This document shows, piece by piece, positions 49,091 to 56,905 of a DNA stretch of 64,000 nucleotides. Below the pieces are notes generated by a model. The model was given only the letters and a program-made list of their open reading frames with translations. It had not been told where the DNA came from and ran no database searches. Position numbers and translations under genes: made by a program. The stretch is from a virus. Taxonomy: Duplodnaviria; Heunggongvirae; Uroviricota; Caudoviricetes. Every line of letters starts with the position of its first letter. Within the stretch, counting starts at the first letter, position 1. The DNA lies in IMG/VR virus record IMGVR_UViG_3300023184_000031, positions 42,256 through 106,255 of that record, one strand, 5' to 3'.

Positions 49091-49681
49091 ATGATAAAAC
49101 TAACAGATATATTAAAAGAAATATATGATAAAAATTTAATAGGAGCACAGCGTGGAGAAGGAGGACAACATGTTGTTTATCAATACGATAAAGATAAAAT
49201 AATTAAATTTGGTCATTATGGTAAAGTAGAGGATAATGTGAAAATATTTGATAAATATCCTGATGTTTTTCCAAAAGTATACGACATAGGAGATGATTAT
49301 ATTATTTTAGAAGAATTAGATGATAATAAAGCAGCTTCGGAAATAAGAAAAATCAAATCGTATTTATTTTCACAATCATCTGAAATTTCACCCAAAAACC
49401 AACATATCGCTAAATTAGTTCAAAGATCTCGAAAAAATGGACCTGATTGGTATAATAATAATTTAACTCAATTAATGTATAATAATTTAGACGATGATGA
49501 ATTGAAATCTCAACTTCAAAAAGAATTACCAAATGATTTATATAATTCTTTAATTAAAAATTATTACCCTTTACTCCAGAAAATAAAAAACATACCATGG
49601 GATTCAAAAATTGAAAAAGACATAAATGATGAAAATTTTGGATATACTTTAGAAGGAAATTTAAAGTTACTAGATGTATAA
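49091..49681 (+). CDS. Minimal protein-kinase-fold protein with MIKLTDILKE leader
   Basis: GEGGQHVVY G-loop, K39, IILEEL hinge, D177-INDE-N182 catalytic loop, terminal LLD195V. Confidence 0.7.
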   Translation: MIKLTDILKEIYDKNLIGAQRGEGGQHVVYQYDKDKIIKFGHYGKVEDNVKIFDKYPDVFPKVYDIGDDYIILEELDDNKAASEIRKIKSYLFSQSSEISPKNQHIAKLVQRSRKNGPDWYNNNLTQLMYNNLDDDELKSQLQKELPNDLYNSLIKNYYPLLQKIKNIPWDSKIEKDINDENFGYTLEGNLKLLDV

Positions 49682-49841
49682 ACTAACAGAAGGCGTTCAC
49701 TACATAATAAATGAGGATGGTAGGGTCGTATTTACGGCCCTATACCTCATTCAACAAGGTAAATGTTGTGGTAATGGTTGTAAAAATTGTCCTTATGATC
49801 CTAAACACACTAAAGGAAATTTGGTTTTGGCAAAACAATAA
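49674..49841 (+). CDS. Small Cys-rich protein, 55 aa (DUF5522-like; not in ORF track)
   Basis: Manual translation MYKLTEGVHYIINEDGRVVFTALYLIQQGKCCGNGCKNCPYDPKHTKGNLVLAKQ. Confidence 0.7.
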   Translation: MYKLTEGVHYIINEDGRVVFTALYLIQQGKCCGNGCKNCPYDPKHTKGNLVLAKQ

Positions 49842-49855
49842 ATTAAATTAACGTT

Positions 49856-50035
49856 ATGAATTTAGAACAATTAGAAAACGAAGCAAACGAGTTAAAGTCA
49901 TTAAACTTAACTAATCTTCCCCCTGAACAATTATCTCAATTAGTAGAGAAATTATCAGCAATGTTAGAGAAAAGCGAAACATTATTATCAACAATTAAAC
50001 TAGAAGATATTAACGATGAAACAGATAATTCATGA
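49856..50035 (+). CDS. Small helical protein, 59 aa (not in ORF track)
   Basis: Manual translation MNLEQLENEANELKSL...DETDNS; fills the gap. Confidence 0.6.
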   Translation: MNLEQLENEANELKSLNLTNLPPEQLSQLVEKLSAMLEKSETLLSTIKLEDINDETDNS

Positions 50036-50219
50036 TATTCTCCTCGTAATAGGAATAGTAATGTTAGCAATGATATTACTTGGTGGTCCATTAATGCTAT
50101 TATGGAACTGGACAATACCCACAATATTTGGTTTACCTGAAATTGGATTTTGGCAAGCATGTGGCTTGCAGTTATTAGCAACAATATTATTTAAAGCAAA
50201 TATAAACGTAAAAAAATAA
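50016..50219 (+). CDS. Small membrane protein
   Basis: Hydrophobic; LWNWTIPTIFGLPEIGFWQA. Confidence 0.65.
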   Translation: MKQIIHDILLVIGIVMLAMILLGGPLMLLWNWTIPTIFGLPEIGFWQACGLQLLATILFKANINVKK

Positions 50220-50224
50220 GTTAT

Positions 50225-50683
50225 ATGTTTCAATCAACAAAGTTGTTTGACGGCTACAGTACTGTATTTCGTCAATGGAAAGCTGAAGGCACGCACTGTC
50301 GCTTCCTACATGGTTATGGAGTGTCATTTAGAGTATGGTTCGAAGGCGAATTAGACGAGAAAAACTGGGTATTTGATTTTGGAGGCATGAAACGTGCTAA
50401 AGGAACTATTGATGGTATGAATCCTAAAGTATGGATGGATTATATGTTCGATCATACTACAATAGTAGCGGAAGATGATCCCGGTATTGGTGGATTTAAA
50501 ACAATGGACCAATTAGGAATTATTCAGTTACGTATTCTACCAGCTACTGGAGCAGAGCAATTTGCAAAATACATTTTTGAAAAATTAAATACATTTGTTC
50601 AAGAAGAAACGAGTGGTAGGGTTAAAGTAAGACGAGTTGAGTTTATGGAACACGCTAAAAACACTGCAATATATGAAGGTTAG
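50225..50683 (+). CDS. queD: 6-carboxy-5,6,7,8-tetrahydropterin synthase
   Basis: HCRFLHGY, WVFDFG, FDHT, A..FAKYI motifs; cluster context. Confidence 0.9.
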   Translation: MFQSTKLFDGYSTVFRQWKAEGTHCRFLHGYGVSFRVWFEGELDEKNWVFDFGGMKRAKGTIDGMNPKVWMDYMFDHTTIVAEDDPGIGGFKTMDQLGIIQLRILPATGAEQFAKYIFEKLNTFVQEETSGRVKVRRVEFMEHAKNTAIYEG

Positions 50684-51458
50684 TCACGAACTACCATTAT
50701 CGCTAATGCATAATGGTTATGAATGGAATGATTATGATTATTGTCTACCACATCTAATAGACAAATATCTCCAATACAGAATATATTTTCAAAAATCCAG
50801 TCTAGATGGTCGTTTTATTATTATGGATAATGGATTATTTGAAGGAGTAGAACACACAACAGAAGATTTAATTGAAAAAATTAATCTAATAATCCCTGAT
50901 GTGTTTATTGTCCCTGATGCTTGGAATGACTCAGCAATAACACTGCGTAACGCTAAAGAATGGATGAATAACCATATCCATAAATTACCCGAAGGTGTTA
51001 ACTTAATGGCTGTATGTCAAGGAGAATCATTAGGTGAACTAATATCAACATACCAAACACTATTAGATTTAGGTTATACACACATAGCATTCAATCATTC
51101 AAGTGCTGCTTATCAAACTATGTATCCTAATCTAGATCCATTAAAAGCTCAAATGTATGGTAGAATGGAGTTTATTAGAAGACTAGTAGCAGAAAATATA
51201 ATAAATAGAAGAGTATATCATCATTTATTAGGGTGTTCATTACCGCAGGAATTCATGTCATATAAAGATTGGCCATTCATTCAATCATGTGACACATCAA
51301 ATCCAATTTTAGTTGGAGCTGAAGGTATAAGATACACTGATAGTGGTTTAACATGGAAACCAAAAGAAAAATTAGAGTTTTATCTTGAAAAAGATTTGAG
51401 TGGCAAAACAAAAGATATTATATTCAATGTACAAAAATTTAAAGATTATGTTAAATAA
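50673..51458 (+). CDS. TGT-fold (tRNA/DNA guanine transglycosylase-like) protein, candidate DpdA-like
   Basis: IIMDNGLFE, IVPD, AVCQG, HLLGC and SCDTS occur in the order of the TGT catalytic-core motifs; start moved to ATG 50673. Confidence 0.65.
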   Translation: MKVSHELPLSLMHNGYEWNDYDYCLPHLIDKYLQYRIYFQKSSLDGRFIIMDNGLFEGVEHTTEDLIEKINLIIPDVFIVPDAWNDSAITLRNAKEWMNNHIHKLPEGVNLMAVCQGESLGELISTYQTLLDLGYTHIAFNHSSAAYQTMYPNLDPLKAQMYGRMEFIRRLVAENIINRRVYHHLLGCSLPQEFMSYKDWPFIQSCDTSNPILVGAEGIRYTDSGLTWKPKEKLEFYLEKDLSGKTKDIIFNVQKFKDYVK

Positions 51459-51732
51459 ACAACAACAACCAATAGATATGTTCTCATTGTATGACTATCT
51501 AGGCCACGCAGCCGGAAATAAATTAGGTAAACAAGTAGCATCTTATGCTAAGCTTAGAAAAGCAAAACACGCTACTAAGCATGTTAGCAATCCCTCTTAT
51601 ACAGGTGAAGTAATGATGTATACTAAAGCGTTCTTAGATGAATGTTTTAATGCTAAAAAAGTATTTGAACCTAAACATGAAGATCTAACAGAATTAAACA
51701 CACAATTAGCAAACGACAATTTACCATTTTAA
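51448..51732 (+). CDS. Hypothetical protein in the deazaguanine cluster
   Basis: SLYDYLGHAAG; ATG 51448 preferred over 51400. Confidence 0.6.
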   Translation: MLNKQQQPIDMFSLYDYLGHAAGNKLGKQVASYAKLRKAKHATKHVSNPSYTGEVMMYTKAFLDECFNAKKVFEPKHEDLTELNTQLANDNLPF

Positions 51733-51733
51733 T

Positions 51734-52552
51734 ATGAAACAAGCAGTATTATCTCTCTCAGGCGGTATGGATAGTAGTACATTATTATTGCATCTATTAT
51801 CTACTGGATATCAAGTAACAGCATTATCATTTGATTACGGACAAAAACACCGTGTTGAATTAGAGCGTGCACAACAACTAATTACATACGTTAATGAGAA
51901 TTTATTTAAACAAAATAAACCATTAGTACGTTACCAAACAATTCGATTAGATGGACTATCAGATCTACTCAGTTCAGCACTAGTAACAGGTGGATCAGAT
52001 GTACCAGAAGGACACTACGCTCATGAAAATATGAAGGATACTGTAGTACCAAATCGCAATAAAATATTTAGTTCTATTATTCAAGCAGTAGCGTTATCAA
52101 TTGCTACTAAGAATGGAAAACAAGATGTAGCTATTGCGATGGGAATACATGCTGGTGATTTCAGTGTTTATCCTGACTGCAGACAAGAATTTAGAGATGC
52201 TGATATGGAAGCTTTTAAATTAGGTAACTGGGATAGCGAATATGTTGGATTCTACACACCTTATTTAGAAGTAACAAAACATGAAATACTAGAAGATGGA
52301 ATATGGGCCTGTAATAAATTAGGTCTTGATTTTGATGAAGTATACAAGCGTACTAATACATCATATAAACCAATTTTAATAGACGGTATCTGGTACTCTG
52401 ATTATAAGTCAGCAGCCTCTGTAGAGCGCATTGAGGCTTTTCTAAAACTAGATCGTCCTGATCCTGTAAGTTATGCTGATGAAGATGGAGTTGCTAATTG
52501 GGAAAAAGCATCCGCTCATGTTAAAGAAGTACTAGCAGTTTATGGAAAATAA
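51734..52552 (+). CDS. queC: 7-cyano-7-deazaguanine synthase
   Basis: SLSGGMDSST, FDYGQKH, VVPNRN and YPDCRQEF motifs. Confidence 0.93.
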   Translation: MKQAVLSLSGGMDSSTLLLHLLSTGYQVTALSFDYGQKHRVELERAQQLITYVNENLFKQNKPLVRYQTIRLDGLSDLLSSALVTGGSDVPEGHYAHENMKDTVVPNRNKIFSSIIQAVALSIATKNGKQDVAIAMGIHAGDFSVYPDCRQEFRDADMEAFKLGNWDSEYVGFYTPYLEVTKHEILEDGIWACNKLGLDFDEVYKRTNTSYKPILIDGIWYSDYKSAASVERIEAFLKLDRPDPVSYADEDGVANWEKASAHVKEVLAVYGK

Positions 52553-52611
52553 ATATTTGGAGATCAGTCGCGTTTTTTAGATGGTCACCATATTTATTGG
52601 AAACAACAATT

Positions 52612-53052
52612 ATGGAAAAACAAATATGCTCTAAGTGTAAAAATGAATATCCATTTACATTAGATTACTTCGGTAAACATAAAGTAAGAGGTTTAGACAC
52701 ATATTGCAAAACATGTAGAAAAGCAACCACTAAATCTAATTATTATGCTAATAAAGAAAAATGGAATGCCACTACAAGACGGAATAAAAAATTACAACGT
52801 GAACGAATAAATGAATTAAAAGATTCATTATTATGTTTAAAATGCGGAGAAAATAGAAATCATTTACTTGATTTTCATCATATTGATCCTAATCAAAAAG
52901 ACTTTCAAATAAGTCAAGGCGAACAATATGGATGGGAAAAAATAAAACAAGAAATAGATAAATGTATAGTATTATGCTCTAATTGCCATAGAGATTTTCA
53001 TTATCAAGAAAAACAAAGTGGGATAGGTATAAAAGAATATCTGGCAAAATAA
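52612..53052 (+). mobile_element. HNH endonuclease with Zn-finger N-terminus
   Basis: CSKC...CKTC; CLKCGE...LDFHHIDP...KCIVLCSNCHR; ATG 52612 preferred; ATATTTAT at 52590-52597. Confidence 0.85.
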
Positions 53053-53091
53053 AAATCTTATATTTAAGTAAACAAAAACCCAAGTATAGTT

Positions 53092-53328
53092 ATGAGTTAT
53101 CAAACAAACGTTCGTGCGAACTATTTAAACCGCACAGCAAAATTAGCTTTCTTTAAAGCTCGTCAACGCCAAGGAGATGTAAATCGTATTTCTGAAGAAA
53201 CAGGTTACAGTCCTCGTATGGTGTATTACACACTAACTGGTGAGCGTAAAGTAAACAATACTATTGCTGATGCAATGTATACAATTTCTTGCAGACGTCA
53301 AAAGAACAACGAATACGCAAACGCGTAA
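53092..53328 (+). CDS. Small putative HTH DNA-binding protein
   Basis: GDVNRISEETGYSPRMVYYTLTG helix-turn-helix pattern. Confidence 0.6.
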   Translation: MSYQTNVRANYLNRTAKLAFFKARQRQGDVNRISEETGYSPRMVYYTLTGERKVNNTIADAMYTISCRRQKNNEYANA

Positions 53329-53345
53329 TTTGTAAAACAAACCCT

Positions 53346-53378
53346 AATATCCCTGTTGAAAGGCAGGGATATTTTTTT
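53346..53378 (+). terminator. Intrinsic terminator
   Basis: Stem AATATCCCTGTT/GGCAGGGATATT, GAAA loop, T run. Confidence 0.8.
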
Positions 53379-53389
53379 AACTTTCAACT

Positions 53390-53611
53390 ATGACAGTAAA
53401 AGAATTAATAGAACATCTACAAACACTAGATCCCGATCTACGTGTATTCATTAAAGGATATGAAGGTGGTGTTGATGATAAAACTTCAATATCAGAACCA
53501 GTTGACATTACACTAAATGTTCACACAGAGTGGTATTATGGCGAGCATGACTACACTGATATAGGATATGAACCAGCAAATAAACAAATAGTAAAAGGTA
53601 TAGTATTATGA
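53390..53611 (+). CDS. Hypothetical protein
   Basis: MTVKELIEHLQTLDPDLRVFIKGYEGG. Confidence 0.65.
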   Translation: MTVKELIEHLQTLDPDLRVFIKGYEGGVDDKTSISEPVDITLNVHTEWYYGEHDYTDIGYEPANKQIVKGIVL

Positions 53612-54450
53612 GTAAAATAGATCCAAATAAGCTGTTAATCAGCTCAGACTTCTACTCCGTTCAAGGAGAAGGTATATCAACAGGAATACCATCATATTTC
53701 GTTCGCTTAGGATTATGTAACCTAACTTGCGGTATGAGTAGAAAATTCACTAACGCTTTATTAAAAGAAGCAGCACTAGCCGATGGTGAAATATTCAAAG
53801 GCGATTTAGAGTTAGAAGGTAAAGCAACATGGACTTGTGATAGTGTATCTCAATGGCTATGGAGAGGTGAAGATAAAGAGTTTCAATATCTAATTGATAG
53901 ATGGAAGGAACAAGGCATCTATGATGATATTAAGAACGGTACTATCCATATCATTTGGACTGGTGGTGAACCTACAATTAAAGGACATCAGGAAGCAATT
54001 GCTAACTTTACTAGCTATTGGTTTGCTAACACAGGAGGATATTTAGGAGATTTTAAACCATACTACGAAATAGAAACAAACGGTACAGTAGTAATTGACG
54101 ATAGACTATGGGGTTCATTAGATCAAATCAACTGCTCACCAAAGCTATCTAACTCAGGTATGACTGAGAAACAACGTATTAACCCAGACGCAATCAAGCG
54201 TATAATGGAACATTCCAATTACCAATTCAAGTTTGTAATCAGCCATGAAGAAGACATTAAAGAATTATTCCGTGACTTTGTCGTACCATTTAGCATACCT
54301 CTTGCCAACGTGGTTTGTATGCCAGGACTAGATAGTCAAACTGATTTCCATGAGCGTACTCAATTCGTATTAGAGATGGCTAAGAAGTATAAATTTAGAG
54401 GCTTAACAAGATTACATATCTCAGCTTGGGATAAAACATTAAACGTATAA
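53608..54450 (+). CDS. queE: 7-carboxy-7-deazaguanine synthase (radical SAM)
   Basis: FYSVQGEG, FVRLGLCNLTC...WTCDS, TGGEP, EIETNG, CSPKLSNSG and KFV motifs. Confidence 0.92.
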   Translation: MSKIDPNKLLISSDFYSVQGEGISTGIPSYFVRLGLCNLTCGMSRKFTNALLKEAALADGEIFKGDLELEGKATWTCDSVSQWLWRGEDKEFQYLIDRWKEQGIYDDIKNGTIHIIWTGGEPTIKGHQEAIANFTSYWFANTGGYLGDFKPYYEIETNGTVVIDDRLWGSLDQINCSPKLSNSGMTEKQRINPDAIKRIMEHSNYQFKFVISHEEDIKELFRDFVVPFSIPLANVVCMPGLDSQTDFHERTQFVLEMAKKYKFRGLTRLHISAWDKTLNV

Positions 54451-54647
54451 TGACAGTCGATGAAATCGAAATAGCTCAAAAGGTGATTTGGGAATTGATA
54501 GAGAACCATAAAAGTGAAAAGCAAGCTCTTATGAAACAGCTTGGAGCGCTTACTGATACAAATCCATTTCCAATCGCTAAAAGATCAGAGCTTTTTAAAC
54601 TGTACGACTGCTATGATCTACTAGAGCAAGAAAAAACAAAACATTAA
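54450..54647 (+). CDS. Hypothetical protein
   Basis: Coupled 65-aa ORF. Confidence 0.55.
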   Translation: MTVDEIEIAQKVIWELIENHKSEKQALMKQLGALTDTNPFPIAKRSELFKLYDCYDLLEQEKTKH

Positions 54648-54665
54648 ACGTATAAAATATAAACA

Positions 54666-55391
54666 ATGGAAAATACACGCAGAAAAATTACTAATGTAGA
54701 GACATTAGAAACAGCACAATCCGGATTTGCAAACGGTATTTCAACCCAATTAGCAGGTGTACTTAGTAGAGGCGATCATCGCTCACTCAACGCCCAAGAA
54801 AAACAAATCATTATCGAAAATGCTGAAAAAGCATACGGCGATTTCCTAACAGCACTAGGTGTTGATTGGAAAAGCGATCCAAACAGTATGGAAACACCTC
54901 GTCGTGTAGCTAAAGCATATGTAATGGATTTGTGGAAAGGTAGATATGAATTACCAACAGATATAACAGCATTCCCAAGTGATGGATATGATGGTATTGT
55001 ATTAGAAAGAGATATTCCAATCGTTAGTATGTGCTCACATCACCACCAAGCAATCCTAGGTAAAGCACACATCGCTTATATTCCAGGAGCAGAGGGTAAA
55101 GTAGTAGGTTTATCTAAATTGAATCGCATTGTAGAGCATTTCGCTCGTAGAGGTGCTATTCAGGAACAACTTACAGTAGCTATCCACAATGCTATTCAAG
55201 CAGTAGCTGAAACTGAAAACGTAATGATAATAGTACACAGCACACACAATTGTGTCTCATGTAGGGGCGTTAAACATTGGGGTGCTAGTATGGTTACAAG
55301 CGAAGTAAGTGGCGTATTTGCTGATCACAATAGAACAGCTAAGCAAGAAGTAATGAGTATGCTTACACTTCATCTTCAAACATATTGTTAA
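54666..55391 (+). CDS. folE: GTP cyclohydrolase I
   Basis: ETPRRVAK, SMCSHHH, GLSKLNRIVEHFARR..IQE, H.CVSCRGV motifs. Confidence 0.95.
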   Translation: MENTRRKITNVETLETAQSGFANGISTQLAGVLSRGDHRSLNAQEKQIIIENAEKAYGDFLTALGVDWKSDPNSMETPRRVAKAYVMDLWKGRYELPTDITAFPSDGYDGIVLERDIPIVSMCSHHHQAILGKAHIAYIPGAEGKVVGLSKLNRIVEHFARRGAIQEQLTVAIHNAIQAVAETENVMIIVHSTHNCVSCRGVKHWGASMVTSEVSGVFADHNRTAKQEVMSMLTLHLQTYC

Positions 55392-55396
55392 TAGAT

Positions 55397-55419
55397 TACG
55401 TTCCTCTACAAGGAACGTA
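55397..55419 (+). terminator. Hairpin between folE and the endonuclease
   Basis: TACGTTCCT-CTACA-AGGAACGTA, abutting ATATTTAT at 55419-55426. Confidence 0.5.
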
Positions 55420-55431
55420 TATTTATTATCG

Positions 55432-56082
55432 ATGATAGGAATATATAAAATAACAAGTCCAACTAATAGAATATATATTGGTCAATCTAGAAATATTGAA
55501 CGTAGATGGAGATATTATTATTCTAATATAATAACAATAAAACAACATATTAAACTACACCGTAGTATATTAAAACATGGAGTTGAAAATCATAAGTTTG
55601 AAGTTATTGAAGAGTGTAATATTGAACAGTTAGATGAACGTGAAATATATTGGATAAATTATTATGATAGTATTAAACAAGGATTGAATGTTGGTTTAGG
55701 AGGTAGTGGAGGAAATGGATTACTAAATAAAGGTAAAAAACATGCCTCCACTACTATTAATAAAATGAAACAATGGTGGAATATGAATAAAAAATCAAGA
55801 CCACAAGAAGTAATAGATAAAATAAAACAAACTAAACGAAATAATCCTCGTATTACTACTAATGAAATGATTTTAAAGTATAGAGAAAATGCTCCTAATA
55901 AAAAAATAGTTGAACAATATTCATTAGACGGAACTAAATTAGCTGAATTTAATAGTATAAATGAAGCCGCTAGGCAAACTAATAGTAGTAAAGATGGTAT
56001 TTCATTTTGCTGTAATGGTAGACAAAATACATCAAATGGATTTATTTGGAAATTTAAATTAAATATGGAAGGCTACAGATAA
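55432..56082 (+). mobile_element. GIY-YIG homing endonuclease with NUMOD1 HTH
   Basis: MIGIYKIT...IYIGQSRNIERR...E.YWI...GLN; VEQYSLDG...SINEAAR...GFIWKF. Confidence 0.9.
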
Positions 56083-56270
56083 TGGAATATAAAGTTAAAT
56101 ATAAAAATATGCAACCAAAAGAAAGCAAATCAAATAAACATTTTTGGATCAGTATGATTAAATCAGGATTAAGATTATTTGGATGTTGGTATCTATCAAT
56201 GGGAGATCTTGTAGCAACAGCAGTAGTATTTGCAATAGCTGAAATACTTGGAATTATAGAAGAACTTTAG
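56082..56270 (+). CDS. Small membrane protein
   Basis: HFWISMIKSGLRLFG...AEILGIIEEL. Confidence 0.6.
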   Translation: MEYKVKYKNMQPKESKSNKHFWISMIKSGLRLFGCWYLSMGDLVATAVVFAIAEILGIIEEL

Positions 56271-56288
56271 TATATTTAAAATAAAAAC

Positions 56289-56819
56289 ATGTTAAACGCA
56301 CAACAAATATTAGACGAAGGTCTATTAAAATTAGAACACGCACAAGGTAAACCAGCACAAGTTGGATACGATCTAACACTTAAGCAAGTCAACATTATTG
56401 GGAATATGCAGCGCTTGCACCAAGAAGGTATAAACGGGAAGATAGGTAAAGTACTAAAAGATAAAACACATTTGACTGACTACAGACCGTACGAGTTAAT
56501 GAACTTAGATGGCATTACAGGTTGGCTGCTTTACAAAGGTACTTACGACATTACATTTAACGAAGGATGTAAGTTACCAGAAAATAGAGTAGCATTTATC
56601 AAACAACGCTCATCATTATATCGCAACGGCACTACTATTAATAGTCCAGTGTTTGATCCTGGATTTGAAACTGAATTTATGGGTACATTAATGTATGTTC
56701 ATGAAACAATATTCATTGAAGAAAATGCTCGAGTAGCACAAATATATTTCCACGAATGTGAACCTGCAGAGCTCTACGCTGGCCAATGGCAAGGTGATAA
56801 GCAAAGAAATCAACAATAA
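56289..56819 (+). CDS. Trimeric dUTPase / dCTP deaminase superfamily protein
   Basis: GYDLTL, QRSSL, FDPGF, RVAQI and Y.GQWQG motifs. Confidence 0.85.
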   Translation: MLNAQQILDEGLLKLEHAQGKPAQVGYDLTLKQVNIIGNMQRLHQEGINGKIGKVLKDKTHLTDYRPYELMNLDGITGWLLYKGTYDITFNEGCKLPENRVAFIKQRSSLYRNGTTINSPVFDPGFETEFMGTLMYVHETIFIEENARVAQIYFHECEPAELYAGQWQGDKQRNQQ

Positions 56820-56845
56820 ACCATACTCCTTCCCACCAAAACTTA

Positions 56846-56870
56846 TAGCCCCTCATTTGAGGGGTTATTT
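56846..56870 (+). terminator. Intrinsic terminator
   Basis: Stem TAGCCCCTC/GAGGGGTTA plus TTT. Confidence 0.7.
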
Positions 56871-56877
56871 GCTTTGC

Positions 56878-56885
56878 ATATTTAT
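56878..56885 (+). promoter_or_regulatory. ATATTTAT motif
   Basis: 20 nt before the giant fibre gene. Confidence 0.55.
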
Positions 56886-56905
56886 ATGTAAACGCACTAT
56901 ATAAA

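Noticed and set aside
39505-56280. Possible host-type or middle promoter TGG-N15-19-TAnnTTYA before polA (39529), ssb (42290), the HTH gene (53059) and dUTPase (56271)
   Set aside because: Spacing is inconsistent and matches are weak in AT-rich DNA; cannot be supported without motif statistics.
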